This document shows, in pieces, positions 51,690-64,000 of a stretch of DNA of 64,000 nt. The stretch comes from Lama guanicoe (taxonomy: Eukaryota). Below the pieces are notes generated by a model. That model saw only the letters and a program-made list of their open reading frames with translations, ran no database searches and was not told where the DNA came from. The stretch covers positions 2,900,158 to 2,964,157 of the forward strand of contig MU056358.1 of NCBI GenBank assembly GCA_013239625.1, given 5' to 3'. The translations under genes were made by a program, and so were the position numbers. Within the stretch, counting starts at the first letter, position 1, and each line of letters opens with the position of its first letter.

Positions 51690-52010
51690 CCGCAGGTGAC
51701 AAGAAGTTCAGAGGTGCCAGGGTACCAGTCCCCAAAGATCAGGGGCTGGCTCTCCTTCTCTGCCCCTCTGTTACTCCACCCGCCTCAGTCCTTTGGCTCC
51801 ACCTTCAGAGTCTGTGGCAAGATGGCTGCAGCGCTTCCAGGCACATCCAGAAGGAGGTGGAAACCACCTTTTCCTTGTGTCTTGTGTTTAAAAGTGAGAA
51901 AAACCTTTGTGAATGCCCCCCCAGCCCCCCAAATGTATTTTCTTTGATATCTCATGCCCTTTTCCAAACCAGTCATTAACAAGGTGAATGAGAGTCCCGT
52001 GACTAGTTGA
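51690..52010. mobile_element. MaLR LTR fragment (MLT1-like)
   Basis: acaagaagttcagaggt ... ggcaagatggctgcagcgcttccaggcacatcc. Confidence 0.5.
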
Positions 52011-52749
52011 GTGGAGGCTAGGAAGTCGTCACCACAACCTCAGCGTAGTTCCGTTGACCTTGTTCTTCAGCGCTAATGCCTTTGGTGTCCCTTTACCGTG
52101 ATTTTGAACACTGTTTTGGGGGAGAAGAGATAATGTGTTCGGTCTACCTGCTCCATTTACAGGAAGTTCTTCAGCCACTTTCCTACACGCACCTGTACTA
52201 CCAGCTCTCTTTCTTTGTGTTGTCTTTCTGTTACGAAATTTTCCCCATGTACAAGAGAGTAGAGAGAATACCATGACAAACACCTGCATACCTAGTTTTA
52301 ACAGTTGTAATATTACTATTTTGCAATTACATTGACTTCATCTACATTTTTAGTGATACATTTTTAAGTAAATTGCAACTATCTTGGCATTTCACCTCTA
52401 AAGATTTCCAAGGCATCTCTAAAAAGTAAATGTCTCTTCCTTTAAAACCATGATACTATTATTACACATAACAAAACCCAGCTCGCTTTTATCTCCTGCA
52501 GGATGGGGAGGTCCTATGATGTTGGGGAGGGCTTGAAAAAGGGGTTATGGAAGCAACTTAAATCTCCATCAATAGACTAGTTAAGTAAATGATGATATGT
52601 CCACACTGTGGAATACTATACTGGGGGATATTAAAAATGATGATAGATTTCTATACATGGAAAGTTTTCTACAACATCACTAGGTTAAAAAAAAAAGCAT
52701 AATACTATGTACAGTGTGGTCTAGTTCTTGCTTAAAAATGCACGTGCCT

Positions 52750-52812
52750 CCTTGCCATACACCGGAAAGTAACACAATATTGTAAATCAACTACAATTCA
52801 ATGTAAAAAAAA
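52750..52812 (+). mobile_element. Very short L1 3'-terminal insertion
   Basis: ttgccatacaccggaaagtaacacaatattgtaaatcaactacaattcaatg followed by an A-run, matching the extreme 3' end of cetartiodactyl L1. Confidence 0.6.
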
Positions 52813-53204
52813 TTTTAATACATTTTTTAATACATGAATGCATAGTAAAGAGGTCTGGAAGGATATAAATCCAAATGGGAGTAGCCCTGGGTCTTGAGTG
52901 ACAGGGTCATAAATGCTGTTTTCTTTCTTTATGTTTGTGCATCATCAAAATCGTTTCACCGTTTGGGTCTTCAGCTGTAAACAGGCAGTGGTGGTGTTGC
53001 CCTTCTGACACAGGAGAGTAGGGGATGCACCTGGGGAGATGGGGTCTCTGGACTATATAGACTTTTGACTTGTGGAATGAATGGCATCTTTGTTTTGTAA
53101 GTATAGGAAGGTGATGTTCAATAATAAATTGTCATACCACAGAGTTCTTGTAGTAATGCTGAAAAACTACCTGTGGCCTTAATTGGGGATTTTGTGGGTT
53201 TCTT

Positions 53205-53645
53205 TATTTGTGGCATTATACACATACATAAAATTTACCATTTTAATCACTTCTAAGGGTACAGTTTAGTGACATTAAGTACATTCATGTTGTGGTGCAA
53301 CCAACACCATCTCCAGAAGTTTGACCATCATCCAGTACTGAAACTCTCTGCCATTAAACACTAACTCCTCATTCCCCAGTGCCTGCTAACCTCTGTTTTA
53401 CTTTCTGTCTCTATGAATTTGACTATTCTAGGTACCTCGTATCAGTGTAATCCTACAGTATGTGTGCTTTGTGACTGGCTTATTTCCCTTAGCATAGTAT
53501 CTTTGAGTTTCATCCATGTTATCGCATGTATCAGAATTTCCTCCCTTTTTGAGACTTAACTAACATTCTGTTGTGTGGATGTACCATGTTTTGTTTATCC
53601 ATTCATCTATGGATTGATGTTTGGGTTGATCTGCTTTTGTGGCTT
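53205..53645 (-). mobile_element. L1MB-like 3' fragment
   Basis: acataaaatttaccattttaa ... ctttctgtctctatgaatttgactattctaggtacctc. The minus-strand ORF ends SIDEWINKTWYIHTTE. Confidence 0.85.
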
Positions 53646-54748
53646 TATTTTTGTACGACTGTGCTTTGGGGGTCTGGTTTGAAGTCAAATATTTGACACC
53701 GAGAAAGATTTCAGAACGACAGAGAGTCCACAGTGAAAATGAGGGAGGAGGGGACACATCAGCAGAGCTGCTTCATGTTATTTGAGGGGGCAGCTTTCAA
53801 AGCAGAATGCAGAAAACCTTTTTTGTTTTCCTCCAAAATTTCTTTTTTCTCCAGATCTTTCTCCCTGGTCCATCACCTGGTGAAAGTGGAAAAGCAGTAA
53901 AAACAGCCAACAACTAACTCTGACTGTTCTTCTACTGACGTGGATATTTGTTCTGTTTTGTTTTTTACTGCTTAGGAAACGTTAGTGCTACCTCTTACTG
54001 TGACACTGCTTTTCCATAAGCTTATAGCCATAACTGAGATGCGATCTGTTGGATTGTTTATACACATGGAATTCATTCATTCCTTCATTGAGAAACATAT
54101 TTCTTCAACACCTACTGTTGAGTCAACCATGCCAGCCTGTGGGTCTGTCTAGTGGCTTGTCAAAAATTAGATGGAAACATTCATCCTCAGAAGACACAGT
54201 TAAACTACATGTGGCTTGATATTAAGAAACAGGCTTGGCTGTGGGGTAAGGAACTTGTGGCCCCATCACTGGGACAAAACATTTTTTTCATGCCAGTATG
54301 AAAAGAAATTCATAAAGCCGTAGCTAAGTAGCTCTGTTTGATCGGTTTGAACTCATTTACCTGGTCCATCTTCCCATAAGGGTCCACTTTCAAAGAGAAG
54401 CAACCTCGGGGCAGGAATACGTTCCTCACATGCAAATGAACGATTTGTAACTGAATTCATGGAAGACTAGTTTTAAGTTAAATGAACGTGGTCACATTCC
54501 TGTATTTTCTGTTCCTCATCCACTGAAGTTGTCCCTGATGCCCAGGTTCAAGCTCCAACAGGTCACTGTAGAGAGCTGGGGGCTGCTAATCCCCTCTGCC
54601 TGAATTTTCCCCTTGTGTCAGTTTGCCACTGACCCCCCTTCCTTGATGCATCAGGAAGGCTTGTGGGTCTGCCTCCCTAGCTCTGTAAAGCTGGGTGGGA
54701 CTTGTTCTGTCAGAAAAGTTTATTCTGTTTGCTCTCTCTTGCCCTTAG

Positions 54749-54941
54749 ACCATCATCTGCAAATAGCATAAGCAGCAGCACATCTTCAAATCACAGTGGC
54801 TACACTCCGGAACCTCCGCTGCCCCCAGTTGGAGGAGACCTTGCCAGCCGACTGTCGAGTGATGAGGGGGAGATGGACGGGGCCGACGATTCCGAGAAGT
54901 TAGACTGCCATTTCTCCACCCACCATCCCAGACCTCTTGCG
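54749..54941 (+). CDS. ATXN7L1: ATXN7L1 coding exon (probably exon 8): (R)PSSANSISSSTSSNHSGYTPEPPLPPVGGDLASRLSSDEGEMDGADDSEKLDCHFSTHHPRPLA
   Basis: Acceptor ctctctcttgcccttAG ends at 54748; donor GCG|gtaggc at 54942. Length 193 nt, phase 2 to 0. Contains the family motifs SRLSSDEGE and HHPRPLA. Confidence 0.96.
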
Positions 54942-55874
54942 GTAGGCCACCTTCTCTTTCTGTCCAGGCATTTTTCTCCCCTGTGCTTTGTGGTATTTAG
55001 GTGATTGGGTCAGAATGCATCCTTCCTCAGGAGAGGCCTCCAGGACAAGGTTGTACGAAAGGGCTTCCCCTGGGGTTGAATGATTGCCCCCTTGAAAATC
55101 ACAGAAGGGAAGGGAAGGGCTCCCAGCTGATTATAATCCTTTAAATCCCTGAGTACTTGTGGGCCACCCTGAAGCCATCCTGCTTGGTGTTTATAGAGGA
55201 TGAACAGGGAGCTAACCTTCCTGCCTTGCCCATCAAAAATGGAGCCTCTGATTTCCAGAGTTTGTCTAGCCCACTTGCTTTGGAAACCGTCTGTCTGAGC
55301 AGTGTGCCAGTGGCCAGCCCTGGCTGGTTTTCTCCCCTGTTGGTTCTGAGTTTTACTGTTATTAGGAGGTGTGACCATATGGCACCAGAACCCAGTGTGT
55401 GTGTGTGTGGAAGGAGTTCATGTCAGCATGGTTGCTGATTAACGAAAAGGTCAGTTTCTTCCCAGTTCCTTGAAAGAGTCCACTTTAACAATTCAGAAGG
55501 TCATTGGAACTGAGGTGGGAAGTACAAAGGGGCATGAGCTGGAGGCTTGTTTGTGTTTTCCCTACGGGCACGTAAGAGAAGACTGCCTGGTGCCGCCAGC
55601 ACAGAGCCGAATTCGGGGAGGCCTGTAACGTGGGCCCCCACGGCCGGCTTGCCCTGCTCCCGGCTTGAGCTCTGCGAGATGAGCTCTGACTACCCCTAGG
55701 TCTCATGGACTCTGAGTGAAATCAATCCTGCATCAAGATAGAGGGAGTCCCTCTTCCCTTCTGTCAGTGTGATGAATAAAGGCCAGATTCACTTCCGATT
55801 TCTGGGGAGGATGGTGGCCTGGGCTTTCCCAACAGCCTGAGCCTCTGCCTCTTGGCCAGGACAGAGATAGGGAC

Positions 55875-56440
55875 AATCAGGGTTGTCTTTGACTGCCAGT
55901 AATAGAAAACTCAGCTCATACAAGTGTATGCACTTCGGTCACTGACTGGCCTCACATCACAAGAAGTCTAGAGGTAAGTGGCTCCAGGCTTGGTTCGGCA
56001 TCTCCACAACGTCCTAGTCCTGAGCAAGCGTCATCTCTGCAATCCTCTTTACGTTTCATGCATGATCTTGAAGCATCAGCTACAGCTCCAATATCACATC
56101 GTCACCCAGTAGTATTCTACAAAGGGTAAAAAGGGACAAACAGAAAGGGAGTCTTCTTCTAAGCTGCTATCTTATGTCATTTCTTAAGGAAGAAAATCTT
56201 CCTCCTCACATCTGCCAGAAGAAGGTCACGTGCCCAATCAGTGGCAGAGAAGGATGGGACCGTAGTAGCACAGGATGAAACCAGCCGTGATTCATCCCAA
56301 GGTTCTGGGAAGAGACACACCTTCCCTGCTCACTGCTCCATGTCGGGTATCACTAAGAGTGTGGTTCTGTTAGCAAGGAAGGGGCGGGGAGAGCGGGGAT
56401 GACAGTTGATGAGATTGGCAACCAGTTGGGTCTGCCAAGG
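55875..56440. mobile_element. MaLR LTR (MLT1J/K/L-like)
   Basis: gactgccagtaatagaaaactc, caagaagtctagaggtaag, ggtcacgtgccca and tctgttagcaaggaagggg...ggtctgcca. Confidence 0.6.
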
Positions 56441-58257
56441 TGTTCAGCACAGTCCTCTACCGCCCAGCATGGGGCATATTATGCGACCAAGGTCTGGAGC
56501 CTCTCAGGGCGTTTAGCCTGGCTCCTGTATTGAATTAGAGACACAGGTAGCACAGACAGTCAGGGGCCTCCAGCTTCCAAGTCTGGAAGTGAGTCCGGGC
56601 TCTGCCAGACTCTGCAGCACGTCAGGATCTTTGTCCAGATGACAAGCTGCCAGGCACAGTGGATGAGGTCAGCTCTGGGCCCAGCAGGTTTGTGTGCCCT
56701 TAATGTATTGCTGATTTAAACGGAAAGGCCATGGATTTGTTTCTCTGCTTTGCCCTTTCTCTCATGGCCAATTGATCCATTAAATCATTTTTGTAATGAA
56801 CGCTTGTTCAGGGTGTCTTTAGCAAGGAGATGAAGGAAGAAAAGATGTCTGGACCTGGACCGGCTCCCACATGCTGCTGGGGACCAGCCTCCGTGTGAGA
56901 GGACTCCCTTTGTATGTTTTCTTGCTTGGCCAGGAAGCACTTAATGTCAAAGTGTGGAAAAGAGTTTTTTCAGCAGGAATACCAGATTTGGTGGGTGGCA
57001 AGATTTTAACGTAAGCCCCCCTCCCCCCTAAACATAAGCAGAAACAAAACAAAGGGAAGTTCTTGCATTTCCTCCTAAGAACTGTTCCAAAGGCCTGTTC
57101 CAGGAAGGGCTCGTGGAACGGGTGCCAGCCCAGCACTGTGTCTGGGATGGAGGCCAGGGAGCTGCTGGGGGAGGCCTGGGGGCGGGGGAGAAGCTGCATT
57201 TGAGTTATAGAGTCATTTGCAGACTCGTCTGAGCTCTGACCAGCCAAATGTCACCTTCGCGGAGGCCGCTGCTTGCATTTCTGTCTGCTGGCCTTCTGGC
57301 TGTCCTAACAGCATCATCAATGATGTTGATTAAACATCTGACTGCTCGTATTTCAGCCTTGTGTTTTAAATGTGATAGTTTGCTTTAAACACTTTGTAGG
57401 ACTTTATCTGTGTCATCTATCCTTTAGCCTAAATCCCGTCTATCCTCAGATTGAGGAAGAAGAAGAAGAGAATGGGGTCCCTGGCCTCTGTACATTTATA
57501 ATCCAGTCGGGCACAGAGGCATCCTGTATAACGTAAAACAGCCACATGGTAATTCCCAGGTGAAACATCATGGAGTGTGTATAGGTGTTGGTGGGGGTTC
57601 AGAGCGGCTCGGTGAGTCAGTTAAAGTCTTGATTAGGGCCCTGAGGGAGGGGAGCATTGGAACCGGCCCAGAGAAGAGGAAAGGGGATGGCAGGCGGAGG
57701 GAACAGAATGAGCCTAAGCTGGGAGGCAGTGACGTGCTCCGGGGCAGCCCCGCCTGCACGTGCTGATAGGAGTGGGAGGTGAGGTTCGCACCAGGAAAGG
57801 AAGGAGTTTAGCTGAGCTGGATGTGAAGTGGCTCTGTTGACAACAGATAGAAAAGGTATGACCAGTTGGCAAGAGAACATCAGAACCAGCAGTTTCCATC
57901 ACTGTGAGGAGAAGCAGGGACCCACCAGCTTCCTTGAGAAGATGGCTGGTGGGACAGGCTGTTGCTTTTTTTTCCCCCAACCTCAAATGCTGGGTCAATC
58001 CCAGGTGTGGAGAAGGTAGCCCTCGGTGCCACGGAAGACTGAACGGCACTATCACTGAGTCATCCGGTGAGGTTCTGCAGAAAATCGAGACGCTCTAAGC
58101 ACCACAGAAATGTTTTTGGTTTCAGTACCGTTGGCTTCTCTTTATCTTGAGGAAAATAGTGCCCCTGTGTGTTTTTATGCAAATGTTACTTTTCTCTGTA
58201 TTGTGTATACTAGCTTATTAACCTGTAGTCAGAATTAAATTTTTTTTTTCTTCACAG

Positions 58258-58379
58258 TTTTGCTCATTTGGGAGTCGGCTCATGGGACGAGGATACTATG
58301 TGTTCGACAGAAGATGGGACCGTTTTCGATTCGCACTAAACTCCATGGTAGAAAAACACTTGAATTCACAGATGTGGAA
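58258..58379 (+). CDS. ATXN7L1: ATXN7L1 coding exon (probably exon 9): FCSFGSRLMGRGYYVFDRRWDRFRFALNSMVEKHLNSQMW(K), a conserved ATXN7-family block
   Basis: Poly-T tract and ttcacAG end at 58257; donor AA|gtaagt at 58380. Length 122 nt, phase 0 to 2. Translated by hand; open frame throughout. Confidence 0.96.
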
Positions 58380-61300
58380 GTAAGTAAGCGGCTTTCGTGC
58401 AGTGTAAGATCAGAGTTGCCCCACAAGTGTCTGAATCCCAGCTTGCTAAGTGAATGTCACCAATTGGCTTTCCATAGAACGAAATGATGCTGAAATCAGG
58501 GTTCCTGATTAATTTTTCAATGTCAGCCCTTCATCATGACTCGCCTGTAGTTTTTCAGAGGCTGTATGATGTGTGCTAAGCTTTGTCTTCTTTGACGACC
58601 ATTTATGCATTGGCAATCTAAACAAAATGAAAAGGTATTAGGTAAGAGCTTGTTTATTGAACAGTGTTCAAGGGCCTTTTTGCTGTGACTAAGAACATTT
58701 AAGGATATTAAGAAAAATGCCTCTGTTTGTAATGTTAATGCTACGATGTCAATACTAAAAATTTCGTCATGGTTCTGGACCAATTTGTCATTGTTTAATG
58801 TCCCATGATAAAAGGACATAACAGCGGCCAACAGGGCAGATTCTGGGCCACGCTGCGAAGTTGTTTAAGCTTGTCTTTGGCCCTTCCCACCTCCCTAGGA
58901 CGCTCTTCTCACCTCTACCTGTACGTCTCTCTACCCCAATCTCAGCTTATGTCCCATTTCTCTAAGGTCCTTTTATTCTCCCACACCTCCCGATATATTT
59001 ACATTTTAATAGATTCATAAAAAGGGAAGAATCAGCCTTCCTGACTTGGGGAGGTGCTCTTGTGCACAATGACAGGCTAGACCCTCTCAGACCACAGCAT
59101 GCAAGGAACTGCCATTCCGGCCACTTGGTAGTGCCAGGCCAGCCCCCGGCTGTCCCCAGCCCCCACTCCCACAAAGGTGAGCTCTGAAGATGGCATCTTT
59201 CACAGAACCATGGATTCCTCAGCTCTAGTCCTGCAGGGTCCAGGAAAGCCAGTGCTGTACCCCTCCCCCTGCCCTGTGAAGCGCAGGAAGTAGGATGGGG
59301 ACGGAATTCAAAACCTGCCCTCTCCCAGGCAGTGATGACACCTCAGCCCCTGTTCACCACGATGCCCAAGGAGCTTCCAGAACTTCCAAGAGAAGTAAGC
59401 CCCACTGCGCCTGCAGGCTCTCAGAGTAGACTTAGGACCGCATGTTGACACTTCCTGTGAAGTAGGAAAGGGCCACAAGAGAAGCTTATCGTTTCTTCTC
59501 ACCTAAGTGACTGCCCAATGTGTCTAAAAGCCCCCCTGACATCGACCTGTGTCCCTTCTAAACAGCTGCCAGTTGGCACCTCCTGCGGGGTTGCCAGGCT
59601 CTCGGTTACTCTGTGGCTGAGCCTTCTGCACGTGTGTCCCCAGCATGGCAGCCAGCCCGGTGGTCCCCACAGCCCTTTTTTGCTCTCCTGTGTTNNNNNN
59701 NNNNNNNNNNNNNNNNNNNNNNNNNNNNNNNNNNNNNNNNNNNNNNNNNNNNNNNNNNNNNNNNNNNNNNNNNNNNNNNNNNNNNNNNNNNNNNNNNNNN
59801 NNNNNNNNNNNNNNNNNNNNNNNNNNNNNNNNNNNNNNNNNNNNNNNNNNNNNNNNNNNNNNNNNNNNNNNNNNNNNNNNNNNNNNNNNNNNNNNNNNNN
59901 NNNNNNNNNNNNNNNNNNNNNNNNNNNNNNNNNNNNNNNNNNNNNNNNNNNNNNNNNNNNNNNNNNNNNNNNNNNNNNNNNNNNNNNNNNNNNNNNNNNN
60001 NNNNNNNNNNNNNNNNNNNNNNNNNNNNNNNNNNNNNNNNNNNNNNNNNNNNNNNNNNNNNNNNNNNNNNNNNNNNNNNNNNNNNNNNNNNNNNNNNNNN
60101 NNNNNNNNNNNNNNNNNNNNNNCAGCTGGCAGGGGAGGAGGGGCGCTGTCAGTAATTTATTCGCATCTGTGGGCTTTTGGATGGGACTTCCCTAGGCCAG
60201 TGTGCAGAGCTTAAGCCAGGGCACAGCCTGCCAAGCTGAAATCCACTGCTATTTGGCACCTAGAAAAGCACATTAACTATCTAGCGTTGGGGGAGGGGTT
60301 CCCGGGAACAGTGAGCTGCCACACGCCCCTTGCCCTGCCTCTCCCCTGCCCCATGTCCCCTCCTGCCCCTGCTGTCCACTTAAGATGAGCAGGGAGAGGA
60401 AGGAAAGAGGTAGAAAGTATGCAGAGAAACAGCATCCATCCCAGTGCTGAGGCTCAGCCAGGGAAGCCTGGGAACTCCAGCTCTGCCAGTTAGCACATGC
60501 TGAAGCCTGAATTCATACTATTTAATGGGAAAACGACAAATCGGGATGCTCAGAGTAGACCCTAGTTACGGTCATCGATTGGGGTCCTCTGCAAATGAGC
60601 AACCGGTATTTGTCAGTAACTTTTTATTACAAGTAACTGCCAACCCTCTGCCCACATGGATTTTTCTCTGTACTTCAGCTGGTACGAAGAAGTTTGAGTC
60701 AAGGCCAGATGGAGTGGGATGCCTGTTAGAACCGTGGGAGGCACCCGACAGCAGAGACACTGTGGTGTGCTGCGGCTGCGGGCTCTGACAAATGGGCCCT
60801 GGGGCTGTTAGGAAGGGGTTGTGCAGTGCCAGACAGTTCCAAGGGCGTGTGTAGACCTTCCCGGTCTGATTTATGGGAGTCCTGGCCCAGCATGCATAGT
60901 TACGTGGCTGCTGAGAAATCACCTGCTCACCCATCCACCACCCATCCATCCATCCATTCGTCTACTCATCATTCATTGCAACAGGTACTAATGAAGCACT
61001 TGTTTAGTGTTGACAGGATCTTTTACCTTCTTTAGGCTTGAGAGAAAATAGATTTTCAAACACCATCACAGCCATGCTGGGTTCGGCAATATTTTTCTCT
61101 TGTATGTGATCTCCACAGTCTGATGTTTTCAAGGACCCTGCGCTTATATGTTCAAGGATTGCTCTGAAGTCCACCCTAAGGATGGAAGCCATAGGCTCCA
61201 CCAAATTGCAGGCAGAAAACTGAATCCTCAGAGAGAGCAGCTTCAGGAGAGCCACTTCCTCCTCAGCAGGGCCTCTGTGCAGGGTCCCAGGCCCCTTGGC

Positions 61301-62640
61301 CTGACGCCGCACTGCAGCCAGGAGGGGGCCTCCAAGGGGAGAAGGGACTGTGGGAGGACCCCGCTCACACCTGCACCCCTTTAGCACTGCTTTCCAAGAA
61401 GCAGAGCTGGTTCCTAATTTCTGGGGAGGTCCAGCTATACTGAAAATGATTTCCAGGGGCAGCGGGGAGGGGAACAAGGTGAAAAACAGGAAAGAGCCAG
61501 TTTGAAAATACTCACCTGGTTCCTGAAGTCAGCATCCTTTCCTAAAAAGCCAGGGATAGATGGTGGCCCCCGAGGCCCCCATGCTCCTCCCGGTCCCCAG
61601 AGTAGCAGCAACATGGACCCAGGTCATGGTTTGGAAGTAGAAGCTGCTGCCAACCAAGTCAAAAGACAGAACTTGCCAGGAGGCCCCAAGAGTTACCTGC
61701 CACCTGGTGCTCACCTTGGCTCCATAGTGTAGGAGACGGAGAGTTTGTTCCCAACTCTCCCCTACCCCCAACTTTCAGGAAGACCCCGCCCCATCTGTAT
61801 GTTCTCCTGCATTTATCTCCAAAACAAACTAGAAATTCCTGATCCCTTCTCTGGATCCACCAGGGTCCCCGTTCTCTTCCCACTTCCTAACCAAGGGCCA
61901 GGAAGACCTATTGGAGGGCAGACACGCCCCAGTCATAGCTCCTGAGTGAGAGCTGAGGCAGGGTGAGGCGAAGAGGGGAAAACAGGGCCAGCAGCTGTGA
62001 GCTGACGTGGACATGCCCCCCTGCAGGGTAATCAGAGGCTGCAGACGGCAGGAGGATGCTGGCCTGTGAGGAGACAGATGTTTCCCAGAGTGCTTCCAGC
62101 CAAGAGCAGGGTGGGGAGGTAGGGGACCAGAGGGGCTGGGAGGCCCTGAGAGGCAGTGGGCGGAGCTGCAGGGGTGCAGGGGGATGCTGTGGCCCACGTG
62201 TGCAGGTGGAAAAGCCCCATTCTCGCACTTCTTACTTCAAGCCAGGACCTAAGTGTGAAATGACCACTCCTCATTAAAAACCACCTTCATCACTGCCAGC
62301 GGGGAAAAAATGGAGAGGAATATGGTTGGGGAAATTTATATTCTAAATAACATTCGCCTTTGATTCATGAACCCAAATCAGCCATTATCCAGTAGCAAAG
62401 CATGGAGAAAAGGATGTGAAAACCTGAAAGTGATGAAAACTAGGTTGCTGGATGTTGCAATGTGGGGGGACCATAGGGGAGGGCCATAATTCAGATTTTG
62501 CCATCCGTCAAGGCTTCATTTTCCATAGTCTGGTTCCACCAGTTTTCTCTGTAGCCCTGATGCTCACACTTAATCGAGCTTCTGGAGCAATGCCAAGCCT
62601 ATTTCTCACTGTTTCTCTTTCACTCTTCTCTCATGTTTAG

Positions 62641-63583
62641 GAAGATCCCACCTGCGGCAGATAGCCCCATGCCCTCGCCAGCAGCCCACATCACCACCCC
62701 TGTTCCAGCATCCGTTTTACAGCCTTTCAGCAACCCCAGTGCTGTATATCTTCCTTCAGCTCCCATCAGCTCGAGACTCACCTCTTCTTACATAATGACA
62801 TCAGCCATGCTCTCAAATGCAGCTTTTGTGACATCGCCGGACCCGAGTGCCNNNNNNNNNNNNNNNNNNNNNNNNNNNNNNNNNNNNNNNNNNNNNNNNN
62901 NNNNNNNNNNNNNNNNNNNNNNNNNNNNNNNNNNNNNNNNNNNNNNNNNNNNNNNNNNNNNNNNNNNNNNNNNNNNNNNNNNNNNNNNNNNNNNNNNNNN
63001 NNNNNNNNNNNNNNNNNNNNNNNNNNNNNNNNNNNNNNNNNNNNNNNNNNNNNNNNNNNNNNNNNNNNNNNNNNNNNNNNNNNNNNNNNNNNNNNNNNNN
63101 NNNNNNNNNNNNNNCTTCTCGTCCCCATTGTCAGGGCCCCACAAAAAGAACTGTGTTTTGAATGCCAGTTCCGCTTTGAACTCCTATCAGGCGGCCGCTC
63201 CCTATAACACTCTGTCCATGCACAACTCAAACAATGGGGTGAGCCCACTCAGTGCCAAACTGGAGCCCTCAGGACGGACCTCGCTGCCCAGTGGCCCCGC
63301 GGACCTAGTGAGACACGTGGNNNNNNNNNNNNNNNNNNNNNNNNNNNNNNNNNNNNNNNNNNNNNNNNNNNNNNNNNNNNNNNNNNNNNNNNNNNNNNNN
63401 NNNNNNNNNNNNNNNNNNNNNNNNNNNNNNNNNNNNNNNNNNNNNNNNNNNNNNNNNNNNNNNNNNNNNNNNNNNNNNNNNNNNNNNNNNNNNNNNNNNN
63501 NNNNNNNNNNNNNNNACAGAAAGAACCCGCCCAGCCTCCTGGCACCGGTGCCCGATCCCGTTAACAGCACCTCCTCTCGGCAG
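62641..63583 (+). CDS. ATXN7L1: ATXN7L1 large Ser/Pro-rich coding exon (probably exon 10): (K)KIPPAADSPMPSPAAHITTP...NPPSLLAPVPDPVNSTSSRQ
   Basis: Acceptor ttctctcatgtttAG ends at 62640; donor CAG|gtaagg at 63584. Length 943 nt (1 + 314 codons). The frame is preserved across N-runs 62852-63114 and 63321-63515. Matches ORF 62633..63697. Confidence 0.94.
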
Positions 63584-63749
63584 GTAAGGGACCCATCCTT
63601 CCAGGAGCCTCCCAGCACCACCCTGGGGAGAGGGGCCGGGGGAGCTGGGGAGCAACCCTGCTTAGCCAGGTGGCCCAGACAGGTAACGCAAGCCTGAGTC
63701 CGGTCCTCGCTGCCCTCTGGGCAGTTCCACCCTCTGCTCTGAGAGTAGT

Positions 63750-63902
63750 TTATTTAACAAACACTTTCTACAGTGCCCACTACGTGCTAGGTGCTGTTCT
63801 AAGTCCCAAACAAGTATCACCTCATTTAATCCTCACAACAACCCAGCGCAGTGAGGGCCGTAACCACCACCTTACAGATGAGGAAACTGAGGCACAGATT
63901 CT
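63750..63902 (-). mobile_element. MIR SINE
   Basis: tgctaggtgctgttctaag ... ctcatttaatcctcacaacaacc ... ttacagatgaggaaactgaggcacaga. Confidence 0.88.
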
Positions 63903-64000
63903 GAGTTTCCTGCCCCGCCCTATTGTGAATCTGGTGTTCTGAGGAGGATTTCATTGAAGAGGTCTGTTGCCGGGCAGTCTTATCTGATCTCTTGGCAGCC

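Noticed and set aside
22987-63583. Assignment to ATXN7 (the SCA7 polyQ gene) or ATXN7L2
   Set aside because: The peptides (KADGANVKMNSTTTT, KIPPAADSP, NPPSLLAPVPDPVNSTSSRQ) match my recall of ATXN7L1 specifically, and there is no CAG tract in the window.
1-64000. CRISPR arrays, operons, defence systems or other prokaryotic or viral modules
   Set aside because: The sequence is intron-rich mammalian DNA. I saw no regularly spaced repeat-spacer array and no long intronless ORF.

Overview
This window is mammalian genomic DNA, not prokaryotic. Several tRNA-Ala-derived SINEs resemble the camelid Vic-1 family, so the source is probably a camelid (alpaca, llama or camel). The window lies inside ATXN7L1 (ataxin-7-like 1, a paralog of the SAGA subunit ATXN7/Sgf73) on the + strand. 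Six internal coding exons are visible with canonical AG/GT boundaries and consistent splice phases: 22987-23209, 40875-41158, 45293-45549, 54749-54941, 58258-58379 and 62641-63583. A phase break requires one more exon (first part of the SCA7 zinc finger), which is probably hidden in the N-run at 44177-44620. The first exons and the last exons lie outside the window. The rest is intron carrying L1, L2, CR1/L3, MIR, MaLR LTRs, DNA-transposon MITEs and young SINEs, several with recognisable target-site duplications (TSDs). The most interesting observations are: (i) a candidate alternative first exon near 13.2-13.3 kb whose splicing would create an AUG-UAG start-stop uORF just before the start codon of an isoform lacking the DUB-module zinc finger; (ii) a TATA box plus four GATA sites just upstream of exon 5; (iii) two odd retroelements, an L1 5'UTR-only insertion and a SINE plus antisense-L1 composite inside one TSD; (iv) assembly gaps concentrated in coding exons. 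Gene identity, exon numbering and repeat family names come from my recall of the human protein and repeat consensus sequences, not from searches. I can support no wholly new biological system such as a CRISPR array or novel gene cluster.
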